From a virus: 64,000 bases of DNA. Below the pieces are notes generated by a model. The model saw only the letters and a program-made list of their open reading frames with translations, was not told the origin of the DNA and did no database searches. Positions within the stretch are counted from its first letter, which is position 1; every line of letters starts with the position of its first letter. The position numbers and the translations under genes are program-made. The stretch is from positions 1 through 64,000 of IMG/VR virus record IMGVR_UViG_3300037520_002383, one strand, 5' to 3'. Below, one piece after another: positions 45,190-52,033 of the stretch.

Positions 45190-45300
45190 CGCCTTTTCTT
45201 TCCCCTTCGTGATTCTCAAAGAATCATGGGCAGAGGCTCCGATTGACAACCTAGTCAACGCAGGAGCCTAGAGGCGCCAGCAAGCACCTCCGGCAGGCGG

Positions 45301-45307
45301 AAGATTG
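45301..45307 (-). promoter_or_regulatory. Candidate late promoter CAATCTT
   Basis: 112 nt upstream of the tape measure gene. Confidence 0.55.
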
Positions 45308-45310
45308 GCA

Positions 45311-45339
45311 TTGACCACTGTCCCCTTGCCTGATAGCCT
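45311..45339 (+). promoter_or_regulatory. Early promoter, leaderless
   Basis: TTGACC-N17-TAGCCT-N7-ATG. Confidence 0.7.
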
Positions 45340-45346
45340 TAGTCGC

Positions 45347-45670
45347 ATGTCGATGCCAAGTATCCTAGCCACCAAGTACCTGACGGCTTTTGACGTCATT
45401 ACCCTCATGTCCCTGCCCTCGGGGCGCGATCTTATCGGCCTACAAACCGACTACGGTTTTGACACAGCCTATGGCTTCATGTTGTATTCCGTTGCCGGCA
45501 TCAGGTTATATTGGGTGTCGGGTGCGGCAACGGATGCGTTTGTGGTTGTACGTCACCACCTGGGCGTCGACGTACAGCTAGCCACGGCATCGACGGCCGC
45601 AGATGCCGCAGATGCCTTCAATGTCGCCGTACAGGCGGCGAGTAGTGCCACGGCCGCCTACGACTTCTGA
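45347..45670 (+). CDS. Hypothetical protein (probably leaderless)
   Basis: ATG 7 nt after TAGCCT. Confidence 0.6.
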   Translation: MSMPSILATKYLTAFDVITLMSLPSGRDLIGLQTDYGFDTAYGFMLYSVAGIRLYWVSGAATDAFVVVRHHLGVDVQLATASTAADAADAFNVAVQAASSATAAYDF

Positions 45671-45679
45671 TAGGGGAGA

Positions 45680-45994
45680 GTGAGATCCATGAAGACCAGC
45701 GATGAACCATTTGTCATCTTTTTGCCCCGCTACGGCTTTGCCATTAGTAAGCGGCGGAAGTTCGTGTACACAACCGATGTCAGTGAAGCCAGTATGTGGA
45801 TCGATGCGCGGCTAGCGACTTTGGCTCTCGGCGACATCCGCCCCGAGGCCACTGACGAGCGGCGGGCGGTGGCTGAGGCGCGGGTGCTGCCTCTCTCCCA
45901 GGCCGTGGCGGCCTACGGCGAGTGGCGGCGACAGCTGGAGCTGATGCGCCGCGGCGCCCCGATTTCCTACCGCGACCGTGTCGAGGGCAGTTGA
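45680..45994 (+). CDS. Hypothetical protein
   Basis: GGGGAG SD; stop lies in TTGACA. Confidence 0.65.
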   Translation: MRSMKTSDEPFVIFLPRYGFAISKRRKFVYTTDVSEASMWIDARLATLALGDIRPEATDERRAVAEARVLPLSQAVAAYGEWRRQLELMRRGAPISYRDRVEGS

Positions 45995-45998
45995 CAGG

Positions 45999-46541
45999 CT
46001 AGCCCTCGTCCCACTTCTTCATCAGATCCTCGATCTCCTTTGGATCGTTGACGAAGTTGACGGTGAAGCCCTCGATGGGTTTGTTGCTGGATGGCGGTAG
46101 GTCGCCAGCCTGAGGCGGAGGCTTGACAGCGGGTTTGGCGACCGGCGTTTCTTCTTTCTTCGCCAGCCGCTCCTTTTCCTGCTGCTCAACGCGCCTCAAC
46201 CAAGCCTCATCGGCATCGGCATCGGCTGCATTCTTCATCTCACGCAGTGCGCGCTCTTCTTCGGTCTCCACGAGACGCTTGATGACGTGCTCGCGTTCAT
46301 CCGCCTCCATGTCCTCGTATTGACTCTCCCAGTAGTGAGTCAATACGTCTTCAAGAGGCAGTTCATACACCTCATGTAGCGGCGTAGCGAAGTTTTTGCT
46401 ATACCATCTAAATATGCGCCGTAGGTGATAATCGCCGTCGATGTCCAGTTTGCCATCAAACTCTGGCTGCGAAGCGGCGACGGCGCGCATGGCCGACACC
46501 TGCAGGCCGCGAAACCAGCCGATGTCGCTTCGCCGCTTCAT
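45999..46541 (-). CDS. Tail assembly chaperone (second, pre-tape-measure)
   Basis: IFRWYSKNFATPLHEVYELPLEDVLTHYWE; position. Confidence 0.6.
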   Translation of the reverse strand: MKRRSDIGWFRGLQVSAMRAVAASQPEFDGKLDIDGDYHLRRIFRWYSKNFATPLHEVYELPLEDVLTHYWESQYEDMEADEREHVIKRLVETEEERALREMKNAADADADEAWLRRVEQQEKERLAKKEETPVAKPAVKPPPQAGDLPPSSNKPIEGFTVNFVNDPKEIEDLMKKWDEG

Positions 46542-46552
46542 AACATGCGCCT

Positions 46553-46960
46553 TCAGGTTTGGTCGTCGCCCAGGGTTCCGAGGCTACGCAAGTCGTCTTG
46601 CGCCTGCTGGGTCTTGGCTTTGTTTTTGGCTTCCGCCTTTTTGTCCATGTCAACGACTACTTCATAGAGAGCCTTCAGGGGCGTCATGTCCTCCAGATCC
46701 TGGCCATTACTCTTAGCCGTCCACCAGTCGGGAGCCTTCAGGATCCTCACCCGCAGCTGAGAAAGGACCTCGGCGATCTCGATGACGCGCTGTGACGCAT
46801 ATTGAGGATTGGATTCACCAATATAGAAGCGAAAGTAGTTATCCAGCTTCAAGCGATCCATCATCGACAGGCGCGTTTTGAAAACAAAGTCGCCGGTCCA
46901 TGTTTCGCCCGTGACGTCGCCAATGGCATGCAGGTGAAACGGAAGGGTATCGGGGGTCAT
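46553..46960 (-). CDS. Tail assembly chaperone
   Basis: TGETWTGDFVFKT...LSQLRVRILKAPDWW; lies between tube and tape measure. Confidence 0.65.
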   Translation of the reverse strand: MTPDTLPFHLHAIGDVTGETWTGDFVFKTRLSMMDRLKLDNYFRFYIGESNPQYASQRVIEIAEVLSQLRVRILKAPDWWTAKSNGQDLEDMTPLKALYEVVVDMDKKAEAKNKAKTQQAQDDLRSLGTLGDDQT

Positions 46961-47006
46961 TGCTGCTCCATTCTGAGGTACTTAGGCTGACGATAGCATT
47001 TTGCGC

Positions 47007-47035
47007 TTGACGCTCGTAAAAACTTCCAGTAGACT
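47007..47035 (+). promoter_or_regulatory. Early promoter, leaderless micro-ORF
   Basis: TTGACG-N17-TAGACT-N6-ATG. Confidence 0.8.
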
Positions 47036-47041
47036 AGGCGC

Positions 47042-47071
47042 ATGAATCAAACGCGAGCGGTTCTGTGCTAA
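47042..47071 (+). CDS. Leaderless micro-ORF MNQTRAVLC
   Basis: ATG 6 nt after TAGACT. Confidence 0.35.
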   Translation: MNQTRAVLC

Positions 47072-47095
47072 GATGGTTGTCAGGAGGACAGTACC

Positions 47096-47332
47096 GTGAC
47101 ACTGAAGAGCTTTGAAGGCGATGACGCCGAGACTAACCGCCGCCGACAGCGAGTAGCCGGCAAGCGGCAGCTGCACAACCTGCTTGAGGACCAAGAAGAG
47201 GAAGAGACTCCGGAGGAACGAGAGTATCGCCTCGAACAGGAAGAACTGCGGCGCCTCGATACTGACCTCAAACGCCTGCAATGGGTCGAAGCCGCCGTCG
47301 ACATCTTAGCCCACGATGAAGAGGCGGCCTGA
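47096..47332 (+). CDS. Acidic coiled-coil protein
   Basis: AGGAGG SD before GTG. Confidence 0.6.
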   Translation: MTLKSFEGDDAETNRRRQRVAGKRQLHNLLEDQEEEETPEEREYRLEQEELRRLDTDLKRLQWVEAAVDILAHDEEAA

Positions 47333-47424
47333 AGATAATCAAGGGAACTTACTTTTCCCGGCAGGGAAATAAAGGGGGCTTTACTAGCCTCCTTTTCCTT
47401 TTCGGGAAAACGCAAAGATGGTGC

Positions 47425-47453
47425 TTGACGGTTGCCGCCGATTCTTGTAGGCT
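47425..47453 (+). promoter_or_regulatory. Early promoter, leaderless
   Basis: TTGACG-N17-TAGGCT-N6-ATG. Confidence 0.85.
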
Positions 47454-47459
47454 GAGGGC

Positions 47460-48140
47460 ATGAACAACACCAACGCCGTCGCTGAAACCACCACCGCCAC
47501 CTTCTCCGTGCCCGAGAGCCGCCTTGAATGGCTGAAGGCCGAGCTTGCCAAGCTGGCAAAGCGCGCCAACAAGATCGGCTGCATCGCTCCGACGATGGTC
47601 GTCGGCGACAGCACACTGGTGAAACACGCCAACGGCGACGGCGACGGCGAGAGCGTTGCCACCTTCATCCGCCATTTTGCCGTCACCGTCACCGGTCAGG
47701 CGCCGCGCATCAACGGCTGGACATTCGTGGCCACCCTCGACCACGCCGACGGCGAGGTGGTCCTGCGCACGCACCCCAGTTTTGAGGGCCAGCTGCCGCC
47801 GCGCTTCCGCTGCGCCGACCCTCGCAACTGCGACCACTGCCACATGGTGCGTCAGCGCACCGAGACCTTTGTGCTGCGCAACGACGCCACCGGCGACTTT
47901 CAGCAAATCGGCCGCCAGTGCCTGCGCGACTTCCTTGGCCACGAGAACCCGATGTCGGTGGCCGCCACGGCCGAACTCCTCTGGGACCTGTGCGAGACCG
48001 CCGAGGCTTCGGAGCACGAGGCCGGCGGGAGTCACGCTGGCAACTACGTCGACGCCGTCGAGTTCCTGTCCTTTGTCGCCGCCGCCATTCGCATGGAAGG
48101 CTGGACCAGCCGCAAGGCGGCGCGCGAAGCCACCTTCTGA
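47460..48140 (+). CDS. N-terminal half of an apparently split phage protein (Cys/His zinc-like motif)
   Basis: CDHCHMVRQRTETFVL...QIGRQCLRDFLG; leaderless start. Confidence 0.75.
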   Translation: MNNTNAVAETTTATFSVPESRLEWLKAELAKLAKRANKIGCIAPTMVVGDSTLVKHANGDGDGESVATFIRHFAVTVTGQAPRINGWTFVATLDHADGEVVLRTHPSFEGQLPPRFRCADPRNCDHCHMVRQRTETFVLRNDATGDFQQIGRQCLRDFLGHENPMSVAATAELLWDLCETAEASEHEAGGSHAGNYVDAVEFLSFVAAAIRMEGWTSRKAAREATF

Positions 48141-48202
48141 GGTAGGCCCGGTCAATACCCGCAGGAAGTTACGCTGGGCGTGACTTTCGGCGGGCTTTGT
48201 GC

Positions 48203-48231
48203 TTGACAGCCTTGGCCGTCTCCTGTAGGCT
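48203..48231 (+). promoter_or_regulatory. Early promoter inside the 100-nt insert
   Basis: TTGACA-N17-TAGGCT. Confidence 0.8.
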
Positions 48232-48255
48232 GCCTTCATCAACACGGAGTCGCAT

Positions 48256-48936
48256 ATGAAGACCGCCACCGCCGACCTCGCTATGACCGTCATGTTCAGC
48301 CGCAGCAAGGAGCGCCGCGAATGGCAGGAGGCCGGCTTCTTCCCCACCGACGACGACACCCAGATCGCCATCAAGGCGCTGGAGTGGGCGCGCGAGACCT
48401 TCGGCGCCAAGACCGCCGAGGAGCGCAGCGACTTTGAGCACAACATGTACGTCGCCAGCAAGGGCAACGTCATGAACCTCAAGAACAGCGGCCTCGCCGC
48501 CTACATCGTCGCCGGCTACCTCAAGGAGCAGGAGCGTCTGGCCCGCGCCAAGGCCTTCCGCGGCCGCGACATGACCGCCAGCCAGCACTTCGGCGTCGTC
48601 GGCGAGAAGCTGATGCTGCAGGCCGTGGTTGTGGGCGTCAAGAAGATCGAGGGCTTCTACGGCACGACGACGATCATCAAGCTGCTGACCGAAGACGGCA
48701 ACGTGGGCGTGTGGTTCGCCAGCAACGCCCCTGAGGCAATCGAGAAGGCTATGGAGACTGAGGAGCCGACGACCTTCACCCTCGTCGCCACCATCAAGGA
48801 CCATGATGCCTATCAAGGTATCAATCAGACCCAGCTGACGCGCTGCAAGCTGGTTGATGTCGCCGACATTGAGAAGGAAACCAAGAAGCTGGCCAAGGAG
48901 AAGGCGAAGAAGATGAAGGTGGCTAACGCCGCATAA
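48256..48936 (+). CDS. C-terminal half of the apparently split protein (OB-fold-like)
   Basis: SQHFGVVGEKL...GFYGTTTII...GNVGVWFAS...ATIKDHDAYQGINQTQLTRCK. Confidence 0.75.
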   Translation: MKTATADLAMTVMFSRSKERREWQEAGFFPTDDDTQIAIKALEWARETFGAKTAEERSDFEHNMYVASKGNVMNLKNSGLAAYIVAGYLKEQERLARAKAFRGRDMTASQHFGVVGEKLMLQAVVVGVKKIEGFYGTTTIIKLLTEDGNVGVWFASNAPEAIEKAMETEEPTTFTLVATIKDHDAYQGINQTQLTRCKLVDVADIEKETKKLAKEKAKKMKVANAA

Positions 48937-48963
48937 TCCGCGAGACTCCCGCCAGCAGCAAAG

Positions 48964-48985
48964 AGCCGCCCGAGGGCGGCTTTTT
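48964..48985 (+). terminator. Intrinsic terminator
   Basis: AGCCGCC-CGAG-GGCGGCT-TTTT. Confidence 0.85.
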
Positions 48986-48988
48986 ACT

Positions 48989-49017
48989 TTGTCTTCTGGC
49001 TATGGGCGTGCTATCAC
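48989..49017 (+). promoter_or_regulatory. Sigma70-type promoter, extended -10 (weak)
   Basis: TTGTCT-N17-TATCAC preceded by TG. Confidence 0.45.
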
Positions 49018-49051
49018 TAGAACAACAAAGCCGTCAAAGGGGAGGCAGGAC

Positions 49052-49651
49052 ATGAGTAAGAAAAAGACTTCCATCCGAAAGGTCATCATCGTCAAAGACC
49101 TTTCATTCAATCTCGTTGTAGCAATGGAACGTGAGTTGTTGTACTATAGCGATCAGATTTTATACAATGCCGCAAAGCTCGCCGCACTCCGCGAGGACCT
49201 TGAGACGAAGCTGATGGCCTGGGAGGAGCTGGCGGAGATGGCGATTCGACACCAGGCCCTGCATCAACAGATCCTCGGCAGCATGCACATGGTTCAGGAG
49301 GAGCAGAAGGAAGTCGACGAGAAGGATCGCGAGAGCGCCGACAGCCGCAGCCTCGTCTGCCAGTTTCCTACCGAATACTTTGATGTCATTGCCCGAGCCT
49401 TCAATAGCCCCTTTCTGGCTCTGGAATCCAGCGATCATGAAATGAGCTATTGGCGGCACCTCAGGGAATCCGACCAGGAGCGGCAGGCGATGGAGGAACA
49501 GCATCGCATTCTCGTGAAGTGTCTGAAGGAAGGAGTTCAAAGGCAAGTTGAGGTAGAGGAAGACGAAGAAGACGAAGAAGACGAAGAAGATGCCCCTGAT
49601 GCCTCGTTTGCCCGCCTCGCCACAATGCCCATGCCCAGAATCCGGCATTGA
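49052..49651 (+). CDS. Helical protein with acidic tract
   Basis: GGAGG SD; (EED)n encoded by a GAAGAAGAC repeat. Confidence 0.7.
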   Translation: MSKKKTSIRKVIIVKDLSFNLVVAMERELLYYSDQILYNAAKLAALREDLETKLMAWEELAEMAIRHQALHQQILGSMHMVQEEQKEVDEKDRESADSRSLVCQFPTEYFDVIARAFNSPFLALESSDHEMSYWRHLRESDQERQAMEEQHRILVKCLKEGVQRQVEVEEDEEDEEDEEDAPDASFARLATMPMPRIRH

Positions 49652-49677
49652 CAACAGGCGCATATTTGCTGTAGAAT
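49648..49677 (+). promoter_or_regulatory. Early promoter, leaderless
   Basis: TTGACA-N18-TAGAAT-N6-ATG. Confidence 0.85.
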
Positions 49678-49683
49678 GCGGAC

Positions 49684-49998
49684 ATGAACACCAAGATAAT
49701 GCACACGGCGTTTGCAAACTCCATTGCCGGCTTCGCCATTCTCTTCCATCTACAGAAACATGGCCCCGATTCTCGAACCAATATCATCGATGCCGTATCG
49801 CGGCGGCTGGCGGGTATGGATCAGACGTCGATCGCCGATGTGACGCGCGTCACATCGGCGGCCATTCAGTTGGCTATCGACTGTCGCTACGTCGATGGCC
49901 TTAGTGGCTATCGCCTGAGGATCACAGAAGAAGGCGCGGCGATGTCAGAAAAACTGCAGTTTTTTTATGCTAGCATTTTGAAACCGACCCAACCTTGA
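49684..49998 (+). CDS. Putative winged-helix protein (leaderless)
   Basis: YRLRITEEG wing-like motif; ATG 6 nt after TAGAAT. Confidence 0.65.
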   Translation: MNTKIMHTAFANSIAGFAILFHLQKHGPDSRTNIIDAVSRRLAGMDQTSIADVTRVTSAAIQLAIDCRYVDGLSGYRLRITEEGAAMSEKLQFFYASILKPTQP

Positions 49999-50039
49999 AA
50001 ATATGGCGGCGTTTTGCCGCCGTGAAAGGGGTGGGTATC

Positions 50040-50756
50040 ATGCAGCGACTGTGGTTTGCTCTGTCACTTCTCTCGACATCTCCTTCCCTAGATCACGAAG
50101 TGCCTTTGGTTCCGCCGCAGGCTGCCGCAACGGCAGCCGCCGCCGCCGCGCCGCCGGTCATTGACGCGAGTCCGCAGCTGAAGTCTTTGGTAATCGTGGA
50201 TCGACCCACCAAGGTGGCTCAAGTCATCTTGGATGTTGCGCTGAATGACCGAACGACAGAGGCGCTGGAAAATACCTTGGAGTCGCTTCCCGCCGAAACT
50301 GAGTTTGTCGTGCTGGTGATTGACAGCCCCGGCGGTTTGTTGACGGCCAGTCGCGATATCTCTCGTATCATCGAAAGCAGCCACAAAAAAATCGTCTGTG
50401 TTGTGGATGGCCTGGGGGCTTCCGGCGCTTATTATCTGCTGCAGAGCTGTGGTCTACGATTGATGACGGCGCGCAGCAATCTCATGCTTCATGAGGCATT
50501 CGTTCCCAGCCCCCAGGAGCCGGAGGCCAACGAGGCGCTGGCACTTTCTGCCGTCAACTCGTCCATGGCCTGGCAGCAATGTCATCGCCTGCGCATCTCC
50601 ATTCCCGAATGCCATGCACAATACAGCAACGGACGGGAGTGGTGGCTGACGCCGCAAGAGGCCGTGGCCGTGGGTGCCGTCGATGGCATTGTCGAGACGC
50701 CGATGCAGGTGATGCTGGATATAAGCGGCATAAAGCCCGAGGCGACCAATAAATAA
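50040..50756 (+). CDS. ClpP/crotonase-fold serine protease with signal-like N-terminus
   Basis: IDSPGG, VDGLGASGAYY (Ser), NLMLHE (His), WWLTPQEAVAVGAVDGI. Confidence 0.8.
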   Translation: MQRLWFALSLLSTSPSLDHEVPLVPPQAAATAAAAAAPPVIDASPQLKSLVIVDRPTKVAQVILDVALNDRTTEALENTLESLPAETEFVVLVIDSPGGLLTASRDISRIIESSHKKIVCVVDGLGASGAYYLLQSCGLRLMTARSNLMLHEAFVPSPQEPEANEALALSAVNSSMAWQQCHRLRISIPECHAQYSNGREWWLTPQEAVAVGAVDGIVETPMQVMLDISGIKPEATNK

Positions 50757-50807
50757 GCCTTTGGCGGATGCTATTCAGCTACCTGACGGCAACACAGGAG
50801 GCCTTGC

Positions 50808-51140
50808 GTGGTGATGACTAGCATCTTTGGTTGGCTGACATTGAAGCTGCGGCAACTGAGACACCTGCTGTCTCCTCAGCTGCCGTCGCTCTTACCCGTG
50901 GCGGCCGTAGCACAGTTGCCGCTTGTGAAGTGGAATGAACGCTGTGAACGAGAGGGCGATGTCGTGCGTTCCTGCTCTGTTGTGGAGGCTGTGGCGCGAC
51001 AACGAGCCGCGGCGGCACGGCACGGTCACTGGTATGTCACAGATGAAGAGGCGCTGGAGGACTTTCTGGTGGTCCACTGGGCTTGGATAGAGAACCAGCT
51101 AGCGCCCTCAAAGCCTACCGACCCAATCCCTGGCCTCTAG
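50808..51140 (+). CDS. Hypothetical protein
   Basis: AGGAGG SD; overlaps the convergent gene. Confidence 0.55.
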   Translation: MVMTSIFGWLTLKLRQLRHLLSPQLPSLLPVAAVAQLPLVKWNERCEREGDVVRSCSVVEAVARQRAAAARHGHWYVTDEEALEDFLVVHWAWIENQLAPSKPTDPIPGL

Positions 51141-51326
51141 CGTCGTATGGCAGTTGCCGACTTTTTCCCAGTAATCGTCGTTCCAGGCCGTGGCGGGCTT
51201 CATCTCCCAGCAAGTGAAGGAGCCGCCAAGGAATGAGCGAATGGCCATGCGCCGCCGCCCTTCGTCGCTGCACTGATGCACTTCAACTGCACTGAAGGCC
51301 ATTTCCATCATCTCGCGGTCACTCAT
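51108..51326 (-). CDS. Small hypothetical protein
   Basis: MSDREMMEMAF...; overlaps the end of the holin-like gene. Confidence 0.5.
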   Translation of the reverse strand: MSDREMMEMAFSAVEVHQCSDEGRRRMAIRSFLGGSFTCWEMKPATAWNDDYWEKVGNCHTTLEARDWVGRL

Positions 51327-51567
51327 CGTCTGCCGCCGCCTTCGACTGTCGCCGGCCGCCGACGAACTTGGCTCCAACATTCGATCCACTGTAAATCGCC
51401 AATGCCCCCAGTTGGCCGCCGACAAAGACTTCGTAGTTGGCGGCAAAGGCTGGGTAGTGAGCCGACAAGAGCCCGCCGCAGAGAATCAACACGGCTGTAC
51501 CGACGGCGAACCACATTTTGCGGCTTTTGACACCGCCATCAAACGCAGATGACTTGACGTTGGCCAT
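51319..51567 (-). CDS. Putative holin
   Basis: KSRKMWFAV start of TM1, two TM segments, charged C-terminus; 82 aa. Confidence 0.6.
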   Translation of the reverse strand: MANVKSSAFDGGVKSRKMWFAVGTAVLILCGGLLSAHYPAFAANYEVFVGGQLGALAIYSGSNVGAKFVGGRRQSKAAADDE

Positions 51568-51584
51568 GGCCGCACTCCATCGGA

Positions 51585-51992
51585 TTATTTGCTGATTGCC
51601 GCCCAGAGAGCGTCACCAAACTTAGACGAAAAGGTACCGACAACGCCGCCGACGATGAACACGATGCCGGCGATGACCTTACGCTTGAAGGCGGCGATTG
51701 CGTGATCGCTTTCTTCCTTGACTTTTTCCAGATCCGCAACGCGCGTCGTCAAGGCCCTCAGGCCGACGTCCACGGACGCGAAGCCTTCGCGCGTCTTGTC
51801 GCCCACGCCCGCAACCATCAACTTCAGTTGCTGCAGGTCACGATAGACTTCTTCCTGCGACTCCTGTACATGCTGCATGTCGCCTTGCAATCGCGACAAG
51901 ATGGCCTGCGTTTCCGTGCCCTGTGACTCCAGACTCTGAATCCGTGTCTCATGAGCCTCTAGGAAAGAAGCGGCAGTTACGTTAGGTGGCAT
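51585..51992 (-). CDS. Coiled-coil protein with C-terminal TM (lysis-cassette-like)
   Basis: Heptads plus VIAGIVFIVGGVVG; AATCTT 33 nt upstream. Confidence 0.6.
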   Translation of the reverse strand: MPPNVTAASFLEAHETRIQSLESQGTETQAILSRLQGDMQHVQESQEEVYRDLQQLKLMVAGVGDKTREGFASVDVGLRALTTRVADLEKVKEESDHAIAAFKRKVIAGIVFIVGGVVGTFSSKFGDALWAAISK

Positions 51993-52024
51993 TGCTGATC
52001 CCCCAGCTGCTGATAGGCTACCCA

Positions 52025-52031
52025 AAGATTG
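52025..52031 (-). promoter_or_regulatory. Candidate late promoter CAATCTT
   Basis: 33 nt upstream of the lysis-like cassette. Confidence 0.6.
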
Positions 52032-52033
52032 TT

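Noticed and set aside
45999-46960. Programmed frameshift between the tail chaperones
   Set aside because: The ORFs are in different frames, but I found no clear XXXYYYZ slippery site; the second ORF has its own ATG
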